Shown: piece after piece, positions 22,126 to 35,295 of the stretch
Position numbering within the stretch: the stretch's first letter is position 1
Layout of the letters: every line of letters starts with the position of its first letter
Origin: Mustelus asterias
Lineage: Eukaryota
Length of the DNA stretch: 59,000 nt
Assembly: GCF_964213995.1 (NCBI RefSeq)
Contig: NW_027592264.1
Coordinates: 1-59,000 of the forward strand
Reading direction: 5' to 3'
Notes under the pieces: generated by a model
The model's input: only the letters and a program-made list of their open reading frames with translations
Told to the model about the DNA's origin: nothing
Databases searched by the model: none
Position numbers and translations under genes: made by a program

Positions 22126-23325
22126 ACCAGAAAATGATCCATTTCTGCCCACTGTTTGCTGTTAGCCAATCTTCTATCCACGCCAATATGTTATCCCCAC
22201 AGCATGAACTTTTATTTGCTGCAATAACCTTTCATGTGGCACCTCATCAAATGTCTTCTGGAAATCTGAGTACAGCACATCCACCGGTTTCCCTTTATCC
22301 AATTCCCGATGGGGAATTTTAGAAAATTGAACAACACATCAACTATCTCACTCTGTTAAGACCCGAGAATGAAGCCCAGCAGGACCCGAGGACTCATCAG
22401 CCCACAGCTCCAACAGTTTGCTGAGCACCACTTCCCTGGGAATTGTGCTTTTTCAGAGTTCATCCCACACTTCTGTTTTCTGATTTCCAGCTGTCTCTGA
22501 GTTTTAACTGTATCCTCTATTGTAAACACCGAAGCAAAATACTTGTTCAATTCATCTCCCAGCTCCTTATTTTTCATTATCAATTCCTGGACTCACTTTC
22601 TATTAGACAGTTAAGAAATGAGGTGGAGCAAGTGACTGAAGTGTCAGTCAGGGAGCACTATTGGGAGCACCAATAGTTTCAAAATAGTTCAGGAAAAAGA
22701 TAGGACAGGTCCACAGGTCAAGGCCCTAAACTGGAGCAGGGCCACTTTTGTGGGCATTAGGCAGGATCGAGCAGATATCGATTAGGTGAGTTTGTTTGAA
22801 GGGAAAGGAATGACTGGCAAATGGGAGGTTTTAAAAGTGTGATATCAAGAGTCCAGGGGCAGTATATTCCTGTTAAGATGCAGGGAAAGAATGGTAAATT
22901 TAAGGATCTCTGGCAGACAAGGGACATTGAGGCTCTGGTCAGGTAAAAGAAGGAAGCATACATTGGGTTTCGGCAATCGGGGACAAGTGAATCACTCTGA
23001 CTATAAAAAGTGTAAGAAAATACTGAAGAGGGAAATCAGGAGGACAAAAAGAGGGTCTGATATGGATCTGGCAGGTAAGATTAAAGAAAATTCCAAGAGG
23101 TTCTATAGCTATATTAAGAGTAAGACGGTGGCTAGAGAGAGAATAGATCCCCTTAAAAATCAGTATGGCCATCTGTGTGTGGAGCTACAGGAGATGGGTG
23201 AGATTTTTAATGAATACTTCTCCTCTGTGTTTACTGCAGAGAGCACCATGGGGGCTAAAGAAATAAGGGAAACAAGTGGTGATGTCTTGGGCACACGCAT
23301 GTTACTTGGGAGGAGGTATCTGTAG
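22126..23325. mobile_element. CR1 LINE fragments (minus 22126-22580, plus 22600-23325)
   Basis: AWIEDWL, LNKYFASVFT, KENSKRFYSYIKSK..FNEYFSSVFT motifs. Confidence 0.75.
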
Positions 23326-23331
23326 CCTTAT

Positions 23332-23516
23332 AAAAGCAAATTACTGCGGATGCTGGCGTCTGAAGCCAAGGGAGAAAATGCTGGAAAATCTCAGCAGGTC
23401 TGGCAGCATCTGTAAGGAGAGAAAAGAGCTGATGTTTCTTGTCTAAATGACCCTTTGTCAAAGCTCTGAAACATCAGTTCTTTTCTCTCCATCCAGGTGC
23501 TGCCAGACCTGCTGAG
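23332..23516. mobile_element. Penelope-type terminal repeat (family 2), inverted pair
   Basis: GATGCTGG..CTCAGCAGGTCTGGCAGCATCTG then reverse arm TGCTGCCAGACCTGCTGAG; homologous to 49221-49786. Confidence 0.7.
23427..23465 (-). ncRNA. Variant hammerhead motif with U3-A8 core (degenerate stem II)
   Basis: AGCU-UUGACAA-A-GGGUC..GACAA-GAA-ACAU-C-AGCU. Confidence 0.55.
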
Positions 23517-23998
23517 AATGGGGAGAGAGTGTGTGGAATGGAGATTTACAGCTTTTGGGGAATGAGAGAGGAAAGAATGTTCCATAGAAATTGTTCTGAA
23601 TTTCTATCCTGTACTGACACTGATGACTTTTGGAAACTCATTTTCAGGATATTGAAAGAGGAATCACAGACTGAAATCTCAAACGTCACGTCTAGGCGTG
23701 ACAGAATCGTGTTCCTTGGGACCTCAATATCATCGGACTTTGAATCCAGAAGGAGAAATGATTGTCCAGTCTGTCGATTTGAAAAGATTTGAAATGTCAG
23801 TGTGAGTGAAAAAGCATCAACACACTGCCACACTTGAGTGAGAGTGTTCCAATGCACTGACTAAAGAGCTTTAACCAGTTACACAGTCTGAATAAATATC
23901 ACACCATTCACAGCGGGTAGAGACTGTAATCTTGTCCTGTGTGTGGACGAAGTTTCAACTGATTGTCCACCCAAGAGTGAGGCAAGGAAACCTGCACC

Positions 23999-24589
23999 AT
24001 GGAGAAACCATGGAAATGTGGGGACTGTGGGAAGGGATACAGAGCCCCATGTCTGCTGGAAGCTCATCGGCGCAGCCACACTGGGGAGAGGCTGTTCATC
24101 TGCTCTCAGTGTGAGAAGGGATTTAATCAGTTCTCCAGCTTACGGACACACCAACGAGTTCACACTGGGGAGAGACCATTCACCTGCTCTCAATGTGGGA
24201 AGGGATTCATTCAGTCATCCCACCTGCAGACACACCAGCGAGTTCACACTGGGGAGAGGCCATTCACCTGCTCTCAGTGTGGGAAGGGATTCACTCAGTT
24301 ATCCAGCCTGCAGACACACCAGCAAGTTCACACTGGGGAGAGTCCGTTCACCTGCTCTCAGTGTGGGAAGGGATTCACTCGGTTACCCGACCTGCGGACA
24401 CACCAGCGAATTCACACTGGGGAGAAACCATTCACCTGCTCTCAGTGTGGGAAGGGCTTCACTCGGTCATCCACCCTGCGGACACATCAGCCAGTTCACA
24501 CTGGGGAGAGACCATTCACCTGCTCTCAGTGTGAGAAGGGTTTCAGCGTTTCATCCCGGCTGCTGAGACACCAGCGAGTTCACGAGTGA
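23999..24589 (+). CDS. C2H2 zinc-finger protein, 7 fingers (ZNF gene 4)
   Basis: 196-aa ORF, ACCATGG start, highly similar internal fingers. Confidence 0.9.
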   Translation: MEKPWKCGDCGKGYRAPCLLEAHRRSHTGERLFICSQCEKGFNQFSSLRTHQRVHTGERPFTCSQCGKGFIQSSHLQTHQRVHTGERPFTCSQCGKGFTQLSSLQTHQQVHTGESPFTCSQCGKGFTRLPDLRTHQRIHTGEKPFTCSQCGKGFTRSSTLRTHQPVHTGERPFTCSQCEKGFSVSSRLLRHQRVHE

Positions 24590-24819
24590 TGACAGGGGTT
24601 GGATTCTGCTGTTATTGTTCCTGCTCTCAGTTGCATCCAGGACTGCATTTTGTTCATTCTCACAGTTGGTCGGTGGGGAGGGTCAGAGGGTTTCTTTCTG
24701 CTGGACTGGCTGATCTCAGCCTCCAGTGGGCTGATGCTCTTTGAACCTTTTTGTGAATACCTGGTTTCAAATGTCACAAGGATCACAGAGTGACAGGGTG
24801 TTAGGAAGTTTAGAGATAT

Positions 24820-25892
24820 TTAGTCAGAAGAAAACAGAGGTTGGCAGTGCAAAGGTACATTTCTGAATGGAGGGCTGTGACAAGTGACATTCCTTAGAGA
24901 TCAGTGCTGGGACTTTTGCTGTTTGTAATATATATAAATGATTTGGAGGAAAATGTAACTGGTTTGATTGGTAAGTTTGTGGACGACACAAAGGTTGGTG
25001 GAATTGCGGATAGCGATGGGGACTGGCAGAGGATACAGCAGGATATAGATCAGTTGGAGACTTGGGCAGAGAGATGGCAGATGAAGTTTAATCCGGACAA
25101 ATGTGAGGTAATGCATTTTGGAAGGTCTAATACAGATGGGAAATATACAGTAAATGGAGAACCCTTCAGAGCATTCATAGGCAGAGGGATCTGGGTGTAC
25201 AGGTGCACAGGTTATTGAAAGTGGCAATGAGGTGGAGAAGATAATCAAGAAGGCATACGGCATGCTTGCCTTCTTCGGCCGGGGCATTGAGTTTAAAAAT
25301 TGGTAAGTCATGTTGCAGCTTTATAGAACCTGAGTTAGACCGCACTTGGAATCCAGTGTTCATTTCTGGTCACCACACTACCAGAAGGAAGTGGGGGCTT
25401 TGGAGAGGGTACGGAAAATATTTACCAGGATGTTGCCTGGTATCGAGGGCATTAGCTATGAGGAGAGGTTGGAGAAACTTGGTTTGTTCTCACTGGAACG
25501 ACGGAGGTTGAGGGGGGCGACCTGATAGAAGTCTACAAGATTATGAGGGACATGGACAGAGTGGATAATCAGACGCTTTTTCCCAGGGTGGAAGAGTCAA
25601 TTACTAGAGGCATAGGTTTAAGGTGCGAGGGGCAAGGTTTAAAGGAGATGTACAAGGCAGGTTTTTTACACAGAGCGTGGTGGGTGCCTGGAACCCGTTG
25701 CCGGGGAAGGTAGTGGAAGCAGATACGGCAGTGACTTTTAAGATGTGTCTTGACAAATATATGAATAGCATAGGAACAGAGGGATATGGTCCCCGGAAAG
25801 GTAGGAGGTTTTAGTTCAGACGGGCAGCATGGTTGCTACAGGCTTGGAGGGCCAAAGGGCTTGTTCCTGTGCTGTAATTTTCTTTGTTCTTC
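24820..25892 (+). mobile_element. CR1 LINE 3' part (frameshifted)
   Basis: FVIYINDL..KFVDDTKVGG; FFTQSVVGAWN; TTTCTTTGTTCTT tail. Confidence 0.9.
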
Positions 25893-25899
25893 ATTCTGT

Positions 25900-26260
25900 T
25901 TGGAACATCCCAAATGTCCATCCAATTTCCTTTTTAATTGTTTATTGTCGCTACTTCCTCCACCCTCGTAGGCAGCGAGTTCCAGGTCATCACCATTCAC
26001 TGCATCAGAATATTCTTCCTCACATCTCCACCGCCCCCCCCCCCCCCCCCCCCCCGTCCCCCACTCCCCCTCCCTCCCACTCCCCCTCCCTTGCATCTCT
26101 GACCCAAAACAAGAAATCTGTGTCCCCCCTCGTCCTTGTCCCATCAGCTAATGGGAACAGCTTTTCTTTGTCCACCTTATCTAAACCTGTCAGAACCTTG
26201 TCCACCTCTATCAAATCTCCCCTCAACCTCCTTTGCTCCAAGGAAAACAACGCCAGCCTG
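25900..26260 (-). mobile_element. CR1-like LINE 3' fragment containing poly-C tract
   Basis: LFSLEQRRLRGDLIEV motif (ORF 26020-26280). Confidence 0.7.
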
Positions 26261-26460
26261 ACATTGACAATAAAGAACAATCTAACAGAATATGTTAATA
26301 CCTGAAATCAAATGGGAATGTTTAATTTCTGTTTTAAAGATATTGTGAATATATTGTCCTGGACAATAAAGGAATTTGAATAACTCACCTTGGGTGTGGT
26401 TGAATGGAATATATCAATCTGGTATCCATCTACAGTCTAGGGAAAGTCTGGAATGTGTAG

Positions 26461-26685
26461 CTGGAAGTCCCTTCCTAACAGCACTGTGGGTGTACGTACA
26501 CCTCAGGCATTGCAGCAGTTCAAGAAGGCACCCTTGGGGTTGGGGTTGACCATGGCCAAGGCAGCTACATACAGCCACATATTCTGTTATAATTGAAGGA
26601 CTGCAGATTGAATGTGAGGCATTGTGGGACTGGACTATCTTGACCATATTCCTGTGACTGCCCGGAAACTCATGTGTCTATTTTA
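26461..26685. repeat. Direct repeat copy 1 flanking CR1 (copy 2 at 28125-28342)
   Basis: 225 vs 218 bp; differences seen are a 1-bp indel, a 6-bp indel and one substitution. Confidence 0.9.
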
Positions 26686-28124
26686 AAGAACAAAGAACAG
26701 TACAGCACAGGAACAGGCCCTTCGGCCCTCCAAGCCTGCACCGATCATGTGTTCCTAACGAGACCATCCGTTTGTATCCCTCTATTCCCAGTCTGTTCAT
26801 ATGGTTATCATTAAAATACGTCCCCTGCATATCTGTATTGAACCTTGCCCCCCCTTACCTTGAACTTGTGACCCCTTGTGTTTGTCGTTTCTGACCTGGG
26901 AAAAAGCTTCCAACTGTTCACCCTATCTATGCCCTTCATAATTTTATAAACTTCTATTAGGCCGCCCCTCCACCTCTGTTTTTCCAGGGAGAACAACCCT
27001 AGTTTACTCAATCTCTCCTCATAGCTAATACCCTCCATACCAGGCAACATCCTGGTAAACCTTTTCTGCACTCTCTCCAAAGCCTCCATGTCCTTCTGGT
27101 AGTGTGGCGACCAGAACTGGACGCAGTATTCCAAATGTGGCCGAACCAACGTTCTATACATCTGCACCATCAGACCCCAACTTTTATACTCTATGCCCCG
27201 TCCAATAAAAGCAAGCATGCCATATGCCTTCTTCACTACCCTTTCCACCTGTGTTGCCACCTTTAAGGTTCTGTGGACTTGCACATCCAGATCCTTCTGC
27301 GTGTCTATACTCCTGATGGTTCTGCCATTTATTGTATAGCTCCCCCCTGCATTAGATCTACCAAAATGCATCACTTCGCATTTATCTGGATTAAGTCCCA
27401 TCTGCCATTTCTCCGCCCAATTTTCCAGCCTATCTATGTCCTGCTGTATTCTCTGACAATGTTCATCACAATCCACAACTCCAGCAATCATTGTGTCGTC
27501 CGCAAACTTACTAATCAGACTTGCTACATCTTCTTCCAAATCATTTATATATATCACAAACAGCAGAGGTCCCAATACAGAGCCCTGCGGAACACCACTA
27601 GTCACAGACCTCCAATCAGAAAAAGACCCCTCCGCTGCTACCCTCTGTCTTCTATGGCCAAACCAGTTCTGTACCCATCTAGCGAGCTCACCTTTGATCC
27701 CGTGAGATTTAACCTTTTGCACCAGCCTGCCATGAGGGACCTTGTCAAATGCTTTACTAAAATCCATGTAGACAACATCCACGGCCCTTCCCTCGTCAGT
27801 CATTTTTGTCACCGCCTCAAAAAACTCAACCAAATTTGTGAGGCATGACCTCCCTCGCACAAAACCATGTTGTCTATTGCTAATGAGATTATTCAGTTCT
27901 AAATGTGTACAGATCCTATCTCTAAGAATCTTCTCCAACAATTTCCCTACCACGGACGTCAAGCTCACTGGCCTATGATTACCCGGGTTATCCTTGCTAC
28001 CCTTCTTAAATAACGGGACCACATTTGCTATTCTCCAATCCTCTGGGACCTCACCTGTGTCCAATGAAGAAACAAAGATTTCTGTTAGAGGCCCAGCAAT
28101 TTCATCTCTTGTCTCTCTCAGGAA
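26686..28124 (-). mobile_element. CR1 LINE, 5'-truncated, largely open RT domain
   Basis: ORF 26811-28304: [63 protein letters not shown]. Confidence 0.95.
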
Positions 28125-28342
28125 CTGGAAGTCCCTTCCAACAGCACTGTGGGTGTACGTACACCTCAGGCATTGCAGCAGTTCAAGAAGGCACCCTTGG
28201 GGTTGACCATGGCCAAGGCAGCTACATACAGCCACATATTGTGTTATAATTGAAGGACTGCAGATTGAATGTGAGGCATTGTGGGACTGGACTATCTTGA
28301 CCATATTCCTGTGACTGCCCGGAAACTCATGTGTCTATTTTA
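28125..28342. repeat. Direct repeat copy 2 flanking CR1
   Basis: Matches 26461-26685. Confidence 0.9.
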
Positions 28343-28439
28343 GTTTATAATTGAGGATTTCTGGGAATAAGTTAAATGCGGAAATATTAAGCATAGCCTG
28401 GAGGAATTTGGAATAACTGAGAATTTTATCCCCAGATAA

Positions 28440-29185
28440 AGAACAAAGATTTTGCCGGTGTTTGGGTGTAACGTGTTTGGGATTTTAAATCAACAAAGAT
28501 GTTGCCTCTCCCTTGGACATGCGCAGTCCCGGGCCGCCCTCGGCGCAACGGGTAGAGCGTTTTCTGCAGCGCGATGGAGTGTGGGAGGTGCAGCCGCCAT
28601 TACGCATCCGGACCGCAGTCTCCAAAACCCTGGGACTGGAATGGAAAATGGGGCGCAGTGACCCCGCCCTTTTACAAAGTACACATGGGGTATCACTGGA
28701 TTGGATTGGAACGTCACCTTATCGCAAAACAGGTTGTTAACTTTAGGTGGAATGATTTAGAGAACTGGGTGACATATTGGGGAGGGCAATCGGTGAGTAT
28801 GAGACTGAAGTCGAGAGTCAGCACCTTCAGGGGAGGAAAATTGGAGAAAAGGCAAGAGTAGCATAGTAGGATGACTTAATGTTACAATCAATAGGTCTGT
28901 GTGGATTTCCCCCGGGGCTCCGCTTTCCTCCCACAGTCTGAAAGACATGCTGGTTAGGGTGCATTGACCCCAACAGGCGCTGGAATGTGGCGACTCGGGG
29001 AATTTCACAGTAACTTCATTGCAGTTCAATGTAAACCTTGCTTTTGACTAATAAATAAATGTTACTTTAGGAAGGAGGGAGTGTGTGGGGACAGAGATTT
29101 ATAATTTGAGATGAAGAAGGATTTTCTGTGAGAACTAGATTTATCAGTTCCGGATTTCTATCCTGTAATCACAGTGATGACTTGA
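28440..29185 (+). pseudogene. Orphan ZNF-type promoter/first exon/intron lacking a finger exon
   Basis: CpG-rich with CATGCGCAG; donor GTGAGT at 28793; 29070-29185 matches the pre-acceptor block of genes 2 and 4 (TTTCTATCCTGTA..GTGATGACTT). Confidence 0.5.
28895..29068 (+). mobile_element. SINE fragment with alternative 3' tail
   Basis: HE1-like body then TTTCACAGTAACTTCATTGCAGT..CTAATAAATAAA; same tail at 52960-53022 and 38112-38185. Confidence 0.7.
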
Positions 29186-29528
29186 TGATATCAACCCTAT
29201 CACACCCATTAAAGTCCCTATCAGGTCAGTCTTCAGCCTTCTCTTTCCTGGAGAAATTATCCCCAGCCTGTTCAATCAATCCTGTGACTTAAACACACAC
29301 AGCTCTGCTAACATCCTTGTGAATCTTTTTTGAACTTTAATAGAGCTCTTCTGTCAGTTTTAAAGGGATATACTATTAATATTTAAACTTAATTTGATTT
29401 GGTTACAACAGCATGGTAACTCAGTTCCATATTGACGCTCTAAATGCTTTAATTTGAAAGGGACTTAACCATCAAGAAAAGCCTCTGAAATAGCAAATGA
29501 GTTGAAATGTATTTTTTAAAAAGGTACA

Positions 29529-30270
29529 ATGATGAAGGAGTACAAAATAAAGGGAAAGACTCTTCGCACGGTAGAGGATCAGAAGGACCTTGGGGTCCGG
29601 GTCCAGAGGATTCTAAAATCGGCCCCGCAGGTGGAGGAGGTGGTTAAGAAGATGTATGGTGTGCTCGCCTTTATCAATCAAGGGATTGAGTTTAGGAGTC
29701 CGGGGATAATGATGCAGCTATATAAGACCCTCGTCAGACCCCAATTGGAGTACTGTGCTCAGTTCTGGTCGCCTCACTATAGGAAGGATGTGGAAAAGAT
29801 TGAAAGGGTGCAGAGGAGATTTACAAGGATGTTGCCTGGATTGAGTGGCATGCCTTATGAGGATAGGCTGAGGGAGCTCGGTCTTTTCTCCTTGGAGAGA
29901 CGAAGGATGAGAGGAGACCTAATAGAGGTGTATAAGATGTTGAGAGGCATAGATCGGGTGGACTCTCAGAGGTTTTTTCCCAGGGTGGAAATGTCTGCTA
30001 CGAGAGGACACAGGTTTAAGGTGCTGGGGGGTAGGTACAGGGGAGATGTTAGGGGTAAGTTTTTCACACAGAGGGTGGTGGGCGAGTGGAATCGGCTGCC
30101 GTCAGTGGTGGTGGAGGCGAACTCAATAGAGTCTTTTAAGAGACTCCTGGATGAGTACATGGAGCTTAATAGATGGAGGGTTATAGGTAGGTCCAGAAGG
30201 TAGGGATGTGTTCGGCACAACTTGTGGGCCGAAGGGCCTGTTTGTGCTGTAGTTTTTCTATGTTTCTATG
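29529..30270 (+). mobile_element. CR1 LINE 3' end
   Basis: ORF 29529-30203 (RPQLEYCAQFWSP..FFTQRVV); TTTCTATGTTTCTATG tail. Confidence 0.9.
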
Positions 30271-30696
30271 AAGTACACAAGCGACTTTTATCACTTCAAA
30301 TGGGTGGCCACCCCTGTAGAAATATGAATTTTCCTCAGGTTCCTGATCCAAAGGCGATTTCCCAAAATCCTGCCCCAGGGGCATTCAGTACCTCCACAAC
30401 CAGAGTCCAACCTGCAAAGCCCAAGTTCACTCATTCTAACACAGCTCTCAGCTGCAATACAGATATCAATGTTGTACTGTTAGTCAGAATACAAAACATT
30501 GGTCTAAAATTCCTATCTTGCCTATATAGGTTTATTATTAAAACTTCACCCAAGGTTTGTCTGTAATCTAGAAACTGTTTGTTCCTCAAACAAGTAAACA
30601 ACCTTGCTGATATTAGAACCTTGATGTAGAACATTTGACAAACATGTGATTTTACTCTAATGCAGGGGTGTTACATCTATCACCCCTTTTACTAAA

Positions 30697-31650
30697 TCAT
30701 AAGAACATAAGAAATAGGAGGAGGAGTAGGCCATCTAGCCCCTCGAGCCTGCCCCGCCATTCAATAAGATCATGGCTGATCTGAAGTGGATCAGTTCCAC
30801 TTACCCGCCTGATCCCCATAACCCCTAATTCCCTTACCGATCAGGAATCCATCTATCCGTGATTTAAACATATTCAACAAGGTAGCCTCCACCACTTCAA
30901 TGGGCAGAGAATTCCAGAGATTCACCACCCTCTGAGAGAAGAAGTTCCTCCTCAACTCTGTCCTAAACCGACCCCCCTTTATTTTGAGGCTGTGCCCTCT
31001 AGTTCCAGTTTCCTTTCTAAGTGGAAAGAATCTCTCCACCTCTACCCTATCCAGCCCCTTCATTATCTTATAGGTCTCTATAAGATCCCCCCTCAGCCTT
31101 CTAAATTCCAACGAGTACAAACCCAATCTGCTCGGTCTCTCCTGATAATCAACACCCCTCATCTCCGGTATCAACCTGGTGAACCTTCTCTGCACTCCCT
31201 CCAAGGCCAAAATATCCTTCCGCAAATAAGGGGACCAATACTGCACACAGTATTCCAGCTGCGGCCTCACCAATGCCCTGTACAGATGCAGCAAGACATC
31301 TCTGTTTTTATATTCTATCCCCCTTGCGATATAGGCCAACATCCCATTTGCCTTCTTGATCACCTGTTGCACCTGCAGATTGGGTTTTTGCGTCTCATTC
31401 ACAAGGACCCCCAGGTCCCTCTGCACAGCAGCATGTTGTAATTTCTTTCCATTTAGATAATAATCCAATTTGCTATTATTTCTTCCAAAGTGAATAAGCT
31501 CGCATTTGTTAACGTTATACTCCATCTGCCAGATCCTCGCCCACTCACTCAGCCTGTCCAAATCTCTCTGCAGACCTTCTACGCCCTCCACACGATTCAC
31601 TTTTCCACTTATCTTTGTGTCGTCTGCAAACTTTGTTACCCTCCACTCAC
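30697..31650 (-). mobile_element. CR1 LINE 3' end
   Basis: ORF 30791-31600; TTCTTATGTTCTTATG tail. Confidence 0.9.
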
Positions 31651-33960
31651 TCTGTTACCCTAATTCACTCTGACATTTCCCCCCTTTTGTTCATTGGCCT
31701 TGTCCAAGGTAGCCAACTTCCTTTCCCTTTACAATCTTCTTCTCATAACTAATTTTTAGATATAATTGAAGCGGTATAATTGGATATAAAAGCAGTCATA
31801 ACACATAATTCCTATACAAATTGCATAGACTTAAAAAAATTCTCAAGCTGTCCCTTCACCTGTATCCATCTTGTAATTAATTCTGATTATGTATTATTTC
31901 TCCCTCCCCTTCATTTGACCTAATCAAAAATTCCATTTAATTTGTTCTTACAGTCAGTTTCAGTATGGAGTATGTGTCAGTGCCTTTATCATTTCAAAGT
32001 GATTTCTTACTCTTCAGACCATATTAACCATTTCATGTCATTTAGTCAAGTAGCTGAGAAAGTCCCATTTAATCATAGAATCATGACAACGCAGAAGGTG
32101 GCCCATCGAGTCTGCACAGACCACAATCCCATCCAGGCCATATCCCCATAACCCCACTTATTTACTCTGCTAGTCCAGCTGGCAATAAGGCACAATTTAC
32201 TATGGCCAATCAACCTAACCCGCACATCTTTGGATGAAGGCAAGAAACCGGAGCACCTAACGGAAACCCACACAGACACAAGGAGAATGTGCAAACTCTA
32301 TCCAGGCAGTCATCCGAGGCTGGAATTGAATCCGGGTCCTTGGCGCTGTAAGGGAGTAGTGCTAACCACTGTGACACTGGACTGCCCTTCATTTTTCAGT
32401 GCAGCTGCACCGTGTACTCTCGGATGTTAGTTAATTCCCAATTTACAAACCACTTCTGCAATCTCACATCGGTGTTCCAATTCCTTCTTTAATTCTCTGT
32501 TGGAATCTCACCTTCATAAGCCATCTTCACTCATTTCCCTCCCTGTTAAATGTTGTCACTCATTTTCTTTTAAACCAGAGTGTGTTCTTTTGTCCTGCTT
32601 GTTGGCATCTCTCTGCCCTCTCCCACAAATCATTGTTTTGCATTTGTGGAAGGTCCATCAGGTCTTTTGGGATTGTGCTGTGCATTTTACCAAATAGTTT
32701 CATCATCCTGGATGCCACTGTCTTACAAAGGATGCACCATTCAATAATTCTGTCAGAATCTTCAGAAGAAAATCCAAAGTCAGGTGTATGTCTTTGCTTG
32801 TTTCCTCCTGTACAGTCCCAATGTCTCAGATGGAGGCCAGATTATCAAATTCAGTTCTCTCAAATAATTCATAGACAAAGAAACAAGTATCTCCAAGAGA
32901 AAACTGTCACCTCATTCATCTCATCGAGACTTCCCTTTCACTCAAATCTTCATAAACACCCAAATGTATGGATTCCTTTAAACTACACTTTCAGGAGTTC
33001 TCGAGAATCTTTAGAGTTAAATAAATCATTAAATATTCTCATAATATCTTTTAACAGAAACCAAACATTTCTGTTTGATTCCAGGCATTATCAACTTTGT
33101 TCTTTCCCTTAAACACCAGGTAATTTCCATTTTAAATGCTTGAAATAGCAACTCATGTCAGATATTTATCAATTCCAATCTCAAAAGCAGGCTTGTTGGC
33201 TTTCTGAAAAGTAAAGTCTTTTATTCTCTGCTTTAATTCTCAAAACTGTTGACTTCACTCAGAGCTGGAAACCATCATCACCTGTTTAAAAAACACAAAC
33301 AATCCATCTGGCTCTGGCCAAGATCCCAGTGAGTAAATATGTCCAATCACAGGTTACATTAAAAAACAAAGGCTGTGTGGAGATTTATAAAAATCAGCTG
33401 TCTGCTGAAAGGGTTAACTTCTCTGTGGAACCGAGAGAGGCGGGGAGTGGGCAGAGGAAACTTGGCAATTGTGTCAATTTATATAATTTAAAAAACTTCT
33501 CTCATGTTATTTTCTTCAATTTTGTTCAAATTTCATCTCTTTTATCTATCCTTTTTTGAACACCAATTTCAATTTTCAATATTTTCCACTTAATCAAAGT
33601 TGAAAGAAATACTTTGTGAAATATGTTGTTAACCGAATCTCAACAATTTTAACTCAAATGTTTTGGAAAGTTGGAACTGGTTTGCTGCCAAACTGCAGCC
33701 TTATCTTTGTGTTTTGGGAGCAAATTGGCCTTCACAATTCTAACCTTGAACAACTTAATTTCAAACCCAAATACATTCCTTTCACATTTTAGTACAGTCT
33801 GAATTTATTTCAAACAGAAACTCACGGCTGTTCAAATTAAATTAATTTTTATTCCCTTTCCAAACTAATTCTTCGAATCTGTGATGCTTTCAAACAACAC
33901 CCTGCTTCAACAATTATGACTCAAATGTATGGTATTCCTTCAAGTGAGCAAACCAACTTT
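31651..33960 (-). mobile_element. Possible degenerate LTR/endogenous retrovirus remnant
   Basis: Minus-strand polypurine tract AAAAGGGGGGAAA directly followed by TGTCAG (31688-31670); no intact retroviral ORF seen. Confidence 0.25.
32073..32385 (-). mobile_element. HE1-like SINE
   Basis: A/B boxes and body as in other copies. Confidence 0.85.
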
Positions 33961-34100
33961 GAGTAAGCGTTGTGGATCATGACGGTGCAGAGGTCATGGC
34001 TAACCTCACACACCTGCATTCCCTTATCACACAGGAGAGGCAGAGGAGAGGGAGGAGTGCTTTCAGTGATTCTTTGTTTGGAGAAAACAACTACATCTGC

Positions 34101-34675
34101 TCACTGGTGACTGATTTGTGTCTCAGGTTGTTTGATGTTAGCTAAACATTGGGAGTGGTCTGCTTCAGGGGAGGTGTCACTTTGTGGCTGAATTACCTTT
34201 CTCAAAGTCCCCACGGCATTTTCTAACTCTTCACTTGATCTGATATTTTCTGACTGTAAATCAATATCTTGTTCCAGAGTTTGGTCGAACAGCAGTAGAT
34301 TTTTCTGAGCTCCACTCACCCTATCATCTGCCCCCTGTTCCCAATGTAACTGATTGTCCAGGTCAGACGTGCTCTCCTGCCAGCAATCAGCTCCATTCTG
34401 CAGCTTATCCACCAGTTCCCTCAACTCTTTATATTTTGTACTCAGCTGTGAGGCAACAGGTTTCCAATGTAACTGGAAATTAATTTATTCTGGACTTTTT
34501 CCAACTCGCTATTTCCTTTCTGAATCTCTTTAGAAAACCTATCAAGGACCCGCTCGTAATCTCCGTCACATTCTTCTCCACCTCCCAGGGTATCTTTTGC
34601 TCCTGATGCCCTTGATTCCGTTGTCAATCTGTCAGTCACATTGTCACAGATGACAAAGCCATTGTTGTATTTGCT
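34101..34675 (-). pseudogene. Unidentified coiled-coil-like coding relic (one in-frame stop at 34442)
   Basis: ORFs 34442-34675 and 34101-34424 share a frame; E/K/L/Q-rich heptad-like sequence. Confidence 0.4.
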
Positions 34676-34734
34676 TTTTTGAGGCAGCAGTGCGAACCAC
34701 TGTGCCACTGGGTGGAATGCTGGCCCAGTGGGGA

Positions 34735-35295
34735 GAAACATAGAAACTAGAAGCAGGAGTAGGCCATTCGGCCCTTTGAGCCTGCTCCACCATTCATCTT
34801 CATCATGGCTGATCATCGAATTCAATTTCCTAATTTCCCTCCCCCCTCCCCGCCACCCCCGCCTCCCATATCCCTTTAGCCCCAAGAGCTATATCTCATA
34901 TCTCCTTGAAATCAGACAATGTTTTGGCCTCAACTATAGGGTGACATGGTGGCACAGTGGTTAGCATTGCTACCTCACAGCGCCAGGCATTTAATTCCAG
35001 CCTTGGGTGAGTGTCTGTGTGGAGTTTGCATGTTCTCCCTGTGTCTGCGTGGGCTTCCTCCGGGTGCTCCAGTTTCCACCCACAGACCAAAAATGCCCAG
35101 GTTCGGTGGATTTGCAATGTTGAATTCCTTCTTAGTATCCCAAGCTGTGTGGGTTAGATAGGTTAGCCATGGTAAATGTGTGAGATTACAGGGACAGGGC
35201 AGGGGAGAGGGCCTGGGTAAGGTGCTCTGTTAGAGAGATGGTGCAGACTCGATGGTCCAAATGGTCCCTTCTGTACTGGAGGGATTCTATGATTC
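34735..35295. mobile_element. CR1 3' tail (minus, 34735-34935) and full HE1-like SINE (plus, 34940-35295)
   Basis: AACATAGAAACTAGAAGCAGGAG tail; GTGGCACAGTGGTTAGC head ..GATTCTATGATTC end. Confidence 0.8.

Noticed and set aside
26032-26056. Poly-C/poly-G tracts (also ~48568, ~49531)
   Set aside because: Simple homopolymers with error-prone length and no further supporting structure
26811-28304. Autonomous or domesticated reverse transcriptase gene
   Set aside because: No endonuclease domain or ORF1, C-terminus frameshifted; consistent with a young truncated CR1
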